The notes under the pieces were generated by a model. That model was not told the DNA's origin. It was given only the letters and a program-made list of their open reading frames with translations, and did not search any database. A stretch of 62,225 nucleotides of DNA, from assembly GCA_964549735.1 (NCBI GenBank), contig CAZJWO010000004.1:1-62225 (forward strand), given 5' to 3'. The translations under genes were made by a program, and so were the position numbers. The DNA comes from an uncultured Fibrobacteraceae bacterium. Lineage in GTDB: Bacteria > Krumholzibacteriota > Krumholzibacteriia > LZORAL124-64-63. Positions 9,723-19,055 of this stretch are shown here, piece after piece. Within the stretch, counting starts at the first letter, position 1. Every line of letters begins with the position of its first letter.

Positions 9723-10445
9723 ATGCGCAACAACGTCCCGGCGGCCCTGATCCTGGGCCTGTGCTTCGTGCTCGGCGTGGCGATCGCCGCGCAGACCTGG
9801 CGCGGCAACATCAAGGCGGCGCAGACGCTCAAGGTCACGGGATCGGCGAAGCTCGACCTGATCTCGGACCTGGGCCTGCTGCGTTTCTGGTTGCAAGGCC
9901 AGGGCGCGACCGCCGAGGCGGCGTGGCAGGATCTGCAGCGCCAGCGCCCGCTGGTCACGGATTTCCTAGCAGCCCGCGGGGTCGCGGCCGCGAATCTGGA
10001 GACCTTTCCCGCCAGCGCCTGGGCGCTCGACGAGCACGACGAGCGCGGCAACCGCACCGGCCGCGTGCTGCAGTATCAGACCGACCAGGGCTTCCTGATC
10101 GAGCACCGCGACGTGCAGCTCGTCAAGCAGCTCTCGCTCGACCTCGCGGCCCTGGTGACCGAGGGCGTCAACGTGCGCACCAGCATGCCCGAGTACCTGT
10201 ACACCGATCTCGCCACGGTCAAGGAAGAGGTGCAGGCCCTGGCCGCCGAGGACGCGATGCGCCGCGCCGGCAAGGTCGCCGCGGCGGCCGGCGCCCGCCT
10301 CGGTCCGATCCGCGACGCGCGCATGGGGGTGCTGCAGGTCACGCCGCGCCACAGCACGCAGGTCAGCGACTACGGCATCAACGACAACTCGTCGATCGAG
10401 AAGCAGATCACGGCCGTCGTGCACGCCAGCTTCGCGATCCGGTGA
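9723..10445 (+). CDS. SIMPL (DUF541) domain periplasmic protein
   Basis: ATG 9723 after AGGAG; N-terminal TM; 'LKVTGSAK', 'AAEDAMRRAGKVAAAAGARLGPIRDARMGVLQVTP', 'KQITAVVHASFAI'. Confidence 0.88.
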   Translation: MRNNVPAALILGLCFVLGVAIAAQTWRGNIKAAQTLKVTGSAKLDLISDLGLLRFWLQGQGATAEAAWQDLQRQRPLVTDFLAARGVAAANLETFPASAWALDEHDERGNRTGRVLQYQTDQGFLIEHRDVQLVKQLSLDLAALVTEGVNVRTSMPEYLYTDLATVKEEVQALAAEDAMRRAGKVAAAAGARLGPIRDARMGVLQVTPRHSTQVSDYGINDNSSIEKQITAVVHASFAIR

Positions 10446-10488
10446 GCCGGCAGCCGCGCGCAGCGGCACCGTCGTCGCCGACGCCGCC

Positions 10489-13155
10489 TCAGAGCGAGAA
10501 CCAGTAGTTCAGCTTGACGAGCACGGTGTTGCGCGGCTCCTGGTCGAACCAGAGTCCGGGGCGCAGCGACGCGTCGAACCCGGCGGGGTCGTCCTGGCCG
10601 TTGCGGCGGTCGAAGCTCTGCCGCCCGTGCGACCAGACCACGAAGAGCGTCGAGCCCGGCCGGTACTCCCAGCGGTAGACCAGGTTCAGGTTGACCGCGG
10701 CGTAGGTGAAGTCGAAGGCGGCGGCGTCGAGGTCGTACGGGCGCAGATCCAGGCTGGCGGGGCGCGCGAGATAGCGCGGGTCCGTGTAGCGGCCCGCCGT
10801 CAAATACGGCTGCAGGTAGAGTTCGAGCGAGCGGTCGCGGTCGTGCAGCCAGGCGGCGCGCAGCGTCGTGTCGAAGGTCTGCTGGTCGAGGCGGCCGAAG
10901 ACGTAGGCGACGCCGTCGATGCCGACGGCGCTGTCGGCGCGGTTGGCCAGCCACTGGGCATCCTCGTGGCGATCGGCGATGCCGGCGGCCAGGCGCAGGA
11001 TCAGGTGGCGGCCGGCGTTCCAGCGCACGGAGTAGTTCGCTTCCCAGAGGCGGCCGTCGAGTTCGTCGCGCGCCGCGCCCGCAACCAGCGCGTGCACGAC
11101 GTCGCGCCGCCAGTCGGTCTGCACGCGCGCCTGCAGCCAGGTGTACGAAGCGGCCTCCATGAGCGGACCGGACCGGCCCGCGAAGTGCCGCGTATTGTAC
11201 TTCGACATGCCGCCAAGGCCCATTTCGACCGCCAAATTCACCTCCCAGAAGCCGTGCGTCTGGTTGTAGCTGTCGAGATAGAGGAAGCTGGCGCGGGGAA
11301 AGCCGCGGCCGTGCCGCCAGACCTCGCGGCCGTCGGCGGCGCGCCGCGCGTTCTCGCCGTAGTGCCAGCTGCGGTAGACCTGCAGATACTGGTACGACGT
11401 CTTGAAGAGGCTGCGGTCGCCGTCGGCGTCGTAGCGGTACTGCACCCAGGCGCGCGCCGCGATCTCGTCGTTGGCCTGCAAGAAGCCGATGTCGTTGGGA
11501 TCGAAGCGGTCGCTCTCCCAGGAGCCCTGCAGCGCCGCGCGCAGCTTGCCGGCCTTCTTGCGCAGGTTCAGGGTGCCGGCCGTGCCGTAGATGCGGTCGT
11601 GCGGGAGCGTGGGGTCGGCGGCGATCGGGTGCGGATCGAGGACCGTGCCCACCGCGCTGCCGTCGACGCCCCAGGCCTTGTCCCGCAGATTGAACTCCCA
11701 GTCGAGGCCGCCGCTGTACGCGTCGCGGTGGTCGCGGTGGCGCCGTGGATCGAGGCGGCCGGCGTCCTGGCGCCAGACGCCGGTGCCCATCAGGCCCACG
11801 CGGTGATTGCCGCCGGCGAGGTCGCGCGCCAGGCGCACGGCGGCGTAGCCGGTCTCGCGCTCGCCGCGCCGCAGGGGGTTGTGGACCTGTTCGGGGTCGG
11901 TCACGTCGGTGAACGCGCCGAGCGCGGCCACGGTCCAGCGGCCATCGAGCTTGCCGGTCAGCTTGCCCGCGGCGCGGATGCGGCTGCCCTCCTCGCCGGT
12001 GCCGATGCGCCGCGAGTAGAAGAGGTTGAAGGCCGGGTGGCTGAAGAAGCGCGCCCCCTCGACGAAGAACGGGCGCTTCTCCTGGTAGAAGGTCTCGAAG
12101 GGCGAGAGATTCAACAGCGCGGGGTCGGCCTCGACCTGGCCGAAGTCGGGCTGGAACGTGGCCTGCGCGGTGAGCGCGCCGTTGAGGTTGTATTTCAGGT
12201 CGGCGCCCCAGTTGAGGTAGCGGGTCAGGCGCTCGCTGTCCTGCGCGGGGTCGGCCTCGTCGACCAGGCCGCCCGCGACGTAGGGCAGGATCTCCAGTGC
12301 CCGCCGGCTGGTGATCCCGTCGAGGCCGGCGAGGGTGCCCCAGCGGCTGACGAAGCCCGACTCGGTGCGGTCCCAGGTGGCCCAGCCGGTGTCCTCGCCG
12401 CGGCCGTGCAACCAGCGGTAGACCTGCAGGCCCCAGACCATCGCCGGCGCCGGCCTGAAGCGCAGGGCCTGCAGCGGGATGCGCACCTCGACGAACCAAC
12501 CGCGGTCGTCCTCGGCGGTGGCGGCCTGCCAGACGGCGTCCCAGTCGGTGTCGCGGTTGCCGTCGTCGAACATGTAGGCGTCGACCTTCACGCCCTCGAT
12601 GTTGACGCGGAAGTTGTAGCCGGTCAGGCGATCGAGGTAGGGGTCGAGGTAGATGCTCACGAGGTCGCTGCTCTCGATCGTGTCGCGGCGCGAAAGCCGG
12701 CGCGCGACGCGCGACATGTCGTCTTCCCAGCACGCGACGGCGAAGTAGAGAGCGTGGTCGTCGTAGGCCACCTTGAAGACGGTCGGCACGGAAGCCGGCG
12801 CGCGCCGCTGCGGATCGTGCTGCAGGAAGCCGAAGGCCGCCTCGGCGCGCGCCCAGACGGGATCGTCGAGGTGGCCGTCGAGCGCGATCGTCTCGCCGGG
12901 CCGCAAACGCGCGGCGCTGACCTGCGGCCGGTCGGACCGGCGGCCGTCGGCGCGGTCGGGGTACAGTACGCCGCTGCCGTCGGGGGCGAAGTGGGCCAGG
13001 GCGGCGGCACTCGGCGCCGGGATGGCGGGGGCGTCTGCGGCGGCGGCGAGGCTGGCGGCGGCTCCGTCCGCGGCGGACGTACCGGCGGCGGCCGGCAGCG
13101 ACGCCGGCAGGATCAGCAGAGCGAGCGCTAGAGCGGCGAGCGAATGGCGCGTCAT
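10489..13155 (-). CDS. DUF5916 family outer-membrane protein with N-terminal CBM9-like domain
   Basis: Signal peptide from ATG 13155; 'IALDGHLDDPVW', 'WDAVWQAA...GWFVEVRIP', 'TFQPDFGQVEADP...LSPFETFYQEKRPFF', 'LFYSRRIG'; terminal 'VKLNYWFSL'. Confidence 0.88.
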   Translation of the reverse strand: MTRHSLAALALALLILPASLPAAAGTSAADGAAASLAAAADAPAIPAPSAAALAHFAPDGSGVLYPDRADGRRSDRPQVSAARLRPGETIALDGHLDDPVWARAEAAFGFLQHDPQRRAPASVPTVFKVAYDDHALYFAVACWEDDMSRVARRLSRRDTIESSDLVSIYLDPYLDRLTGYNFRVNIEGVKVDAYMFDDGNRDTDWDAVWQAATAEDDRGWFVEVRIPLQALRFRPAPAMVWGLQVYRWLHGRGEDTGWATWDRTESGFVSRWGTLAGLDGITSRRALEILPYVAGGLVDEADPAQDSERLTRYLNWGADLKYNLNGALTAQATFQPDFGQVEADPALLNLSPFETFYQEKRPFFVEGARFFSHPAFNLFYSRRIGTGEEGSRIRAAGKLTGKLDGRWTVAALGAFTDVTDPEQVHNPLRRGERETGYAAVRLARDLAGGNHRVGLMGTGVWRQDAGRLDPRRHRDHRDAYSGGLDWEFNLRDKAWGVDGSAVGTVLDPHPIAADPTLPHDRIYGTAGTLNLRKKAGKLRAALQGSWESDRFDPNDIGFLQANDEIAARAWVQYRYDADGDRSLFKTSYQYLQVYRSWHYGENARRAADGREVWRHGRGFPRASFLYLDSYNQTHGFWEVNLAVEMGLGGMSKYNTRHFAGRSGPLMEAASYTWLQARVQTDWRRDVVHALVAGAARDELDGRLWEANYSVRWNAGRHLILRLAAGIADRHEDAQWLANRADSAVGIDGVAYVFGRLDQQTFDTTLRAAWLHDRDRSLELYLQPYLTAGRYTDPRYLARPASLDLRPYDLDAAAFDFTYAAVNLNLVYRWEYRPGSTLFVVWSHGRQSFDRRNGQDDPAGFDASLRPGLWFDQEPRNTVLVKLNYWFSL

Positions 13156-13580
13156 GCGGCAGTCGACCTCACGGGATGCGGTGCGCCCCGGCCTCCGCGG
13201 AGGTCCGCGTCCGCACGATGGCAGGCGATGGAGGCATAAATACGCGCCGGGTCGCCGGCGGTTGCAAGAGCGATCGGTTATCGCGCGCGTCCGGTCGCCT
13301 CGCCGACCGCCGGCGGAGAACCTGCCGGCGATCGCCGAGGCTCTGGCCGCGGGCGGCAATCCGGCTGTCACCATCCGCCAGTTCGACGGCCTGAACCGCC
13401 TCATCCAGACCGCGACGACCGGTTCTGAGCGCCCATGGCGACCGCAGCGGCTCGCGCGTCGATCTTCCCTTAGGTTGTACGTCCATCGCCGCCGCGCCGG
13501 CCGCCACGCCGTCCGGCGCGGGCGGGCAGGTGCCGGCGCCGGCCGGTCGCACGAATGGGAGAACCCGGGAGCAGCCGCAG

Positions 13581-14246
13581 ATGACCGCCACGCACCACGA
13601 TCCGGTCCTGGTGACCGACTTCGACGGCACGCTCACGCAGCGCGACTTCTACGAGCTGGTGCGCGAGCGCCTGCTGCCGCCCGCGACGCCGGATCATTGG
13701 GCGGCCTACCGGCGCGGCGAGCTCAGCCACTTCGACGCGCTGCAGGCGTTCTTCGCCGCCGCCCGGCCCGATGAGCAGGCTTTGGCGGCGATCATCGACG
13801 ACATGGTCCTCGAGCCGCGCCTCGCCGAAGCGTTGGCGCTGTTGGAGGCCGCCGGCTGGACGGTCGTCGTCGTCTCCAACGGCTGCCGCTGGTATATCGA
13901 CCAGTTGCTGGCGCGCGCCGGCGTCCGGCTCGAGGTGCACGCCAATCCCGGGCGCGTGGTCGACGGTCGCCTCGTCATGCAGCGGCCCGAGGGCACCCGC
14001 TTCCCCTCGCCGCAGACGGGGATCAGCAAGGCGGCGGTGGTGCAGTCGTTCCTGGCTGCCGGCCGCGCGACGGCGTTCGCGGGCGATGGTCCGCCCGACC
14101 TCGAGCCGGCGCTGCTGGTCGCGCCGGAGCGCCGCTTCGCACGCGGTCATCTCGCGGACGCCCTGGCCGCACGCGGCGAGACGTACCGGCCGTACGCACG
14201 CTGGCTCGACGTGGCGCAGGCCCTCGTCGCCGGAGGAACGTCATGA
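13581..14246 (+). CDS. HAD-IB family phosphatase (MtnX-like)
   Basis: 'LVTDFDGTLT' motif I, 'VVSNG' motif II, 'SKAAVV', 'FAGDGPPD' motif IV. Confidence 0.85.
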   Translation: MTATHHDPVLVTDFDGTLTQRDFYELVRERLLPPATPDHWAAYRRGELSHFDALQAFFAAARPDEQALAAIIDDMVLEPRLAEALALLEAAGWTVVVVSNGCRWYIDQLLARAGVRLEVHANPGRVVDGRLVMQRPEGTRFPSPQTGISKAAVVQSFLAAGRATAFAGDGPPDLEPALLVAPERRFARGHLADALAARGETYRPYARWLDVAQALVAGGTS

Positions 14247-15295
14247 TCGGCGCGCGCGCCAGGGTCGGCATCCCCGCGTTCGTGCGCATCAAACCCGGCG
14301 CGCTCGACAGGCTGGGGATCTACGCCGCGCGTCACGCGCACCGCAAGCTGGCGTTGCTCGCGAGCGAGGGGCTGCCGCCGGCCCTGATGGGGCGCGCCGA
14401 GGCGGGGCTCGTGGCCGAGGGCGCGCAGCGCGTGGTCCACATCGAGGCCGTGGAGGCGAGCTTCGAAGCGGCCGCGCGGCTCCTGGCCAGCCTGCCTCGC
14501 GACCTGGACGCCGTGATCGGCCTCGGCGGCGGCCGCGCCCTGGACGTGGCCAAGTACGCCGCGTTCCTGGCCGGCAGGCCGTTGTACGCGGTGCCGACGT
14601 CGCTGTCGAACGACGGTTTCTGCTCGCCGCAGGCGAGCCTGACCCTCGAGGGCGCGCGGCGGTCCCTGCCGGCCGCGCTGCCGTTCGCGGTCGTGGTCGA
14701 CACCGAGGTGTGTCTGGGCGCGCCGTTGCCGCTGTGGCGGTCCGGCGTCGGCGACCTGGTGGCCAAGGTGACCGCGGTGCGCGACTGGAAGCTCGCCTAC
14801 CACGCGGTCGGCGAGCCGGTCGACGACTTCGCGGCCCTGCTCTCCGACGCGACGGTCTCGCAGTTCCTGGCCCGGCCCGTGCGCGACCTGGAGGGCCTGC
14901 GCCTGCTCGCCACGGCGCTGATGCTCAACGGGATCGCGATGGCCGTGTGCGGCTCCTCGCGCCCGGCGAGCGGTTCGGAGCACCTGATCTCCCACGCGCT
15001 CGACGCGATCTGCGCGCGCCCGCGGCTGCACGGCCTGCAGGTGGGCACGGCCGCCTACCTCGTGAGCCGCCTGCAGGGCGACACGACCGAGCGCATCGCC
15101 GGCGCGCTGGAGCGCACCGGCTTCTGGGACGGCATCCGCGCCGACCCGTTCCGGCGCGACGAATGGCTCGCGGCCGTGCGCCGAGCGCCGGCCGTCGACC
15201 CCGAGCGTTACACCGTGCTCTCCACGCGCGACTGCACGCCCGAGATCGCGGAGTCGATCGACCGCGACGAGAGGCTCGCCGGCTGCTTCGTGTGA
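14243..15295 (+). CDS. Glycerol-1-phosphate dehydrogenase-like (EgsA/AraM-like) metal-dependent alcohol dehydrogenase family protein
   Basis: 'GLGGGRALDVAKY', 'PTSLSNDGFCSP', 'GVGDLVAK', 'SSRPASGSEHLISHALD', 'LHGLQVG'; ATGA overlap with the HAD gene. Confidence 0.85.
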   Translation: MIGARARVGIPAFVRIKPGALDRLGIYAARHAHRKLALLASEGLPPALMGRAEAGLVAEGAQRVVHIEAVEASFEAAARLLASLPRDLDAVIGLGGGRALDVAKYAAFLAGRPLYAVPTSLSNDGFCSPQASLTLEGARRSLPAALPFAVVVDTEVCLGAPLPLWRSGVGDLVAKVTAVRDWKLAYHAVGEPVDDFAALLSDATVSQFLARPVRDLEGLRLLATALMLNGIAMAVCGSSRPASGSEHLISHALDAICARPRLHGLQVGTAAYLVSRLQGDTTERIAGALERTGFWDGIRADPFRRDEWLAAVRRAPAVDPERYTVLSTRDCTPEIAESIDRDERLAGCFV

Positions 15296-15343
15296 GCCGG
15301 CGGGCGGACCGGCGATTCCGCGCTTTGCTTCCGCCTATTCCCG

Positions 15344-15925
15344 TTGTTCCATGGGCGGAATGTCACGGTGGACCGAACCCGCAGGCCCGGTCGTGCGTCT
15401 CTGCTGCGTACGGCCGGCCCGACCGGCCCCGCCGCGCCCAAGCCCGTGCCGGCGCGCCGCGACCTGCCCACCAAGGTGCCGTTCCTGGCGGGATTCCTGT
15501 CCGGTATCTTTCCGGGCGTGGGGCAGCTCTACGTCGGCTACTACCAGCAGGGCATCGTCCTGGGCCTGCTGTTCGCCGCGGTCGTCACGATCCTGGCGAG
15601 CGGCAACGTCTCGCCGATGGAGCCGTTCCTGGGCATCAGCCTCGGCTTCATCTGGCTGTACGGCATCATCGACGCCAGCCGGCGCGCCCAGGCCGTCAAC
15701 CGCTACGTGGAGGGATTCGGCGAGGAGCCGCTGCCCGAGACCGCGGCCAGCCTGCGCGGCGGGTCGGTCTTCGGCGGCGCGGTCCTGGTCATCCTCGGCG
15801 TCATCATGCTGCTGCACACCCGCTTCGACATGGATCTGCAGTGGCTGGCCGACTGGTGGCCGGTGGTGCTGGTCGGCCTCGGCGCCTGGCTGATCTGGCA
15901 GGCGCGCAAAGACCGTAACTCCTAG
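15344..15925 (+). CDS. Membrane protein with TM2-like N-terminal region and C-terminal DUF5668/LiaF-like TM segment
   Basis: 'LSGIFPGVGQLYVG' and 'GAVLVILGVIMLL...WWPVVLVGLGAWLI'; start codon uncertain. Confidence 0.65.
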   Translation: MFHGRNVTVDRTRRPGRASLLRTAGPTGPAAPKPVPARRDLPTKVPFLAGFLSGIFPGVGQLYVGYYQQGIVLGLLFAAVVTILASGNVSPMEPFLGISLGFIWLYGIIDASRRAQAVNRYVEGFGEEPLPETAASLRGGSVFGGAVLVILGVIMLLHTRFDMDLQWLADWWPVVLVGLGAWLIWQARKDRNS

Positions 15926-16053
15926 CGCACCTTCGTGCTTTTCGCGCTCAACCCGGGCCCGACTCCTGCCGATGATGGTGGCAACCGGAGCAGGAGTCGG
16001 GCCGCCGTCTCGGCAGGCCGCTCCCCGCTCGCGACAGGCGAAGGACAGCCGTC

Positions 16054-17124
16054 TTGGAAGCCAGGAAGCCGCGCGTCTTCATCGTCGATGACGAGAACCA
16101 GGATCTGCGGATCCACGTGGCGACGCTCAGGTCGCAGGGTTACGACATCATCACGGCGAGCAACGGCGAGGAAGCCCTGCTGCGCGTCGAGGCCGACGTG
16201 CCCGATCTGTTCCTGATCGCGGCCAAGATGAGAGCGATGGACGGGTTCACGCTCTGCGAGCGCCTCAAGGAAGACGCCCGCCTCATCAACGTGCCGGTCA
16301 TCTTCGTGACGGCCGACCCCTCGAGCGAGGACATCGACCGCGGCTACGCGGCCGGCGGCGTCGACTACATCAGCAAGCCTTGCCACCTGAGCGAATTCCT
16401 GGCGCGCGTGCGCGCCCACATCCGCCTGTATCAGCTCCTGCAGGAGGTCGCGCGCCTCGAGGACATCGCCATCGACGCGAACCCGCTGACCCACTTGCCG
16501 GGCAACAACACGATCATGACGGTCATCCAGGACGCCATCGACCGCAAGCTGGACATGACCGTGCTCTACGCGGATCTCGACAACTTCAAGGCCTACAACG
16601 ACTACTACGGATTCAGCGACGGCGACGACCTGCTGCTGTTCACGGCCGAGACGCTGCAGACCGCGATCCGCACCGTCTGCGGCGGCGACGCGTTCCTCGG
16701 CCACATCGGCGGCGACGACTTCGTGCTGATGGTCAAGTCCGAGCAGGTGCAGGACCTAGCCGCCGAGATCATCGAGCAGTTCGACGCCGGCGCGCCGGCC
16801 TTCTACCGCGACGAGGACGCCAAGCGGGGCTATATCGAGACCAAGGACCGCGCCGAGAGGGTCGTCCGCTATCCGCTGGCGAGCCTGAGCATGGGCGGCG
16901 TGCGGCTCTACGCCCATAGCTTCCAGCGCTATCTCGAGGTGGCCAGCGTCTGCGCCGAGGTCAAGCACATGGCCAAGGCCATTGCGGGCAGCAACCTCTT
17001 CATGGATCGGCGCGGCGAGCATTGCGCCGGCCAGCCCGCGGCCGGAGCCGGCGACGCGGAGGCGTCGGACGGCGATGCCGTGGGCGCCGCGTCAGGTCCG
17101 GCCGGCGGTCGGACCGAGAACTGA
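16054..17124 (+). CDS. Receiver-GGDEF diguanylate cyclase
   Basis: REC 'VFIVDDE...VIFVTA...DYISKP'; GGDEF 'NPLTHLPGN', 'YADLDNFKAYNDYYG', 'GHIGGDDF'. Confidence 0.9.
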   Translation: MEARKPRVFIVDDENQDLRIHVATLRSQGYDIITASNGEEALLRVEADVPDLFLIAAKMRAMDGFTLCERLKEDARLINVPVIFVTADPSSEDIDRGYAAGGVDYISKPCHLSEFLARVRAHIRLYQLLQEVARLEDIAIDANPLTHLPGNNTIMTVIQDAIDRKLDMTVLYADLDNFKAYNDYYGFSDGDDLLLFTAETLQTAIRTVCGGDAFLGHIGGDDFVLMVKSEQVQDLAAEIIEQFDAGAPAFYRDEDAKRGYIETKDRAERVVRYPLASLSMGGVRLYAHSFQRYLEVASVCAEVKHMAKAIAGSNLFMDRRGEHCAGQPAAGAGDAEASDGDAVGAASGPAGGRTEN

Positions 17125-18549
17125 CTCCAGCGCCGCGAGGATGCCGCGACCGAGATCGGTCAGCGACGGATCACGCGCCCCCATGACCAGCACGAGATCG
17201 CCGGGCCGCGCCGCGGCAGCCACCAGCGGCGGCAGGTCGTCGCGTCGCGGACAGAACCTGGCGTCGCGCCCGCGGGCGGCGAGGTCGGCCGCGAGGTCGG
17301 CGCTCGAGAGGTCGCGCGTGACCGTGCCGCCGGCGTAGTAGATCTCCGGCAGCCAGAGCACGTCGGTCGGCCGCAGCGCGGCGGCGAGCGCGGCGACCAG
17401 GTCGGCGCGCAGGAACCGCGTGGGGCCGAAGCCGTGCGGCTGGAAGATCGCGAGCACGCGGCCCGGGCCGTCGCCGAGACGCGCGCGGCCGGTCGCCAGA
17501 GCGGCGGCGAGCTTGTCGGGGTTGTGGGCGAAGTCGTCGATGACCTCGACGCCGCCGGCCGTGCCCAGCGAGACGAACCGCCGCTCGACGCCGCGGAAGC
17601 CGGCCAGCGGCCGCGCCATGTCGGCCGCGCCGAGGCCCGCCTGGCGGCAGACCGCGATCGCGGCCAGGGCGTTGAGCGCGGTGTGGCGGCCGGGCCAGGG
17701 CACGGTGAAACGCACGCCGTCGACCGTGAAGCTCACGTCGCGGGCCGACAGCTGCAGATCCTGCGCGCGCACGTCGGCCCGCGCGCCGAAGCCGAACGTC
17801 ACGGCGCCGGGACGCAGGAAATCGAGGTTGGCGTCCTCGCCCACGACGAGCGGTCCCTGGCAGTTCAGCCGGAACTCCGTGAACATCGCGGCCACGTCGG
17901 CGATCTCCTTGTGGTCGCGCGCCAGGTTCAGGACGACGCCGGCCCAGGGCTGATACCGCACGACCGTGCCGTCGCTCTCGTCGGCCTCGATGACGAGCAG
18001 CTCGCCGCCGGCGCCATCTCGCCCGGTTGCGCTCCGCGCATCGCCGCCCCAGGCGTTGCCGAGCAGGCCGCGCTCCTGCAGCGCGATGAGCCCAGCGCCG
18101 GTCAGCAGGCGCGGGTCGCGGCCGCAGCCGTGCAGGATCGTCCAGATCATGGCCGTGGTCGTCGACTTGCCGCTGGTGCCGGTCACCGCGATGGTCCGGT
18201 GGCGCGCCACGTAGACGGCGAGCAGGTCGGAGCGGTGCTGGATCGGCAGGCCCAACGCGCGAGCCCGCGCCAGATCGGCGATCTGGGCCTCGACGGCGGT
18301 GCTGCAGATGACCGCGGCGCAGCCCGCGTCGAGGACCGCGCCGTCCTGGGGCACGATCTCGACGCCGGCCGCCACGAGGGCCGCGCGGATCTGCGGATGC
18401 TGCCCGCGATCCAGCGCGCGGTCGCTGCCGGTCGCGCGGCCGCCGCGGCCGACGTGGAACTGCGCGAGCGCGCTCATGCCGCTGCCGGCGACGCCGACGA
18501 AGTGCAACCAGGGGCGGATTTCGGCCGGAGGCACGGGCGCTCCCGTCAC
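17092..18549 (-). CDS. Mur ligase family protein, MurC-like paralog
   Basis: 'HFVGVAGSGMSALA', 'GTSGKSTTT', 'EADESDG', 'NLARDH', 'GVERRF', 'DDFAHNP', 'FQPH'; GTG start overlaps the GNAT stop. Confidence 0.88.
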   Translation of the reverse strand: MTGAPVPPAEIRPWLHFVGVAGSGMSALAQFHVGRGGRATGSDRALDRGQHPQIRAALVAAGVEIVPQDGAVLDAGCAAVICSTAVEAQIADLARARALGLPIQHRSDLLAVYVARHRTIAVTGTSGKSTTTAMIWTILHGCGRDPRLLTGAGLIALQERGLLGNAWGGDARSATGRDGAGGELLVIEADESDGTVVRYQPWAGVVLNLARDHKEIADVAAMFTEFRLNCQGPLVVGEDANLDFLRPGAVTFGFGARADVRAQDLQLSARDVSFTVDGVRFTVPWPGRHTALNALAAIAVCRQAGLGAADMARPLAGFRGVERRFVSLGTAGGVEVIDDFAHNPDKLAAALATGRARLGDGPGRVLAIFQPHGFGPTRFLRADLVAALAAALRPTDVLWLPEIYYAGGTVTRDLSSADLAADLAARGRDARFCPRRDDLPPLVAAAARPGDLVLVMGARDPSLTDLGRGILAALESVLGPTAGRT

Positions 18550-19055
18550 GCCTGCAGGCGCTTGACGAAGAAGTACTTGGCGTCGCCGACAGCGTAGAAG
18601 TCCTCGAAGACGGCCGCCACCGCGTAGCCGCAGCGGCGGTAGAACGCCCGCGTCGATTCGTACTGCGCCCGGCCGCTCGTCTCGGCGTAGACGGCCAGGC
18701 CGCCCGCGGCGCGCACGCGATCTTCGGTCAGCTGCAGCAGGCGGCGGCCCAGGCCGCCGCCCTGCTTGCGCGCGTCGACGGCGATCCAGTAGAGATCCCA
18801 GCTCACGGCGGAGCAGGGGATCAGGCCGTAGCAGCTGTAGCCCACGAGCCGGCCGCCCTGTTCGGCCAGCAGGAACTCATAGCCGCTCTGCAGGCCGCGG
18901 TCGAGCCGCTCCTGCACCAGCTCGGCGGCGATCGCCACCTCTTCGGCGTTGAAGAAGCCCGTGCCCTGGACCAGGGCCCGTACGGCGGCGACGTCCTCGA
19001 GGCGCACCGCGTCGCGCAGGTCGAGGTCATCGCTCGAGTTCGCGTGGTCGTTCAT
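18546..19055 (-). CDS. GNAT family N-acetyltransferase
   Basis: 'WDLYWIAVDARKQGGGLGRRLL', 'TRAFYRRCGY'. Confidence 0.9.
   Translation of the reverse strand: MNDHANSSDDLDLRDAVRLEDVAAVRALVQGTGFFNAEEVAIAAELVQERLDRGLQSGYEFLLAEQGGRLVGYSCYGLIPCSAVSWDLYWIAVDARKQGGGLGRRLLQLTEDRVRAAGGLAVYAETSGRAQYESTRAFYRRCGYAVAAVFEDFYAVGDAKYFFVKRLQA

Noticed and set aside
13581-14246. mtnX methionine-salvage assignment
   Set aside because: No other mtn genes in the window; family-level HAD-IB call only.
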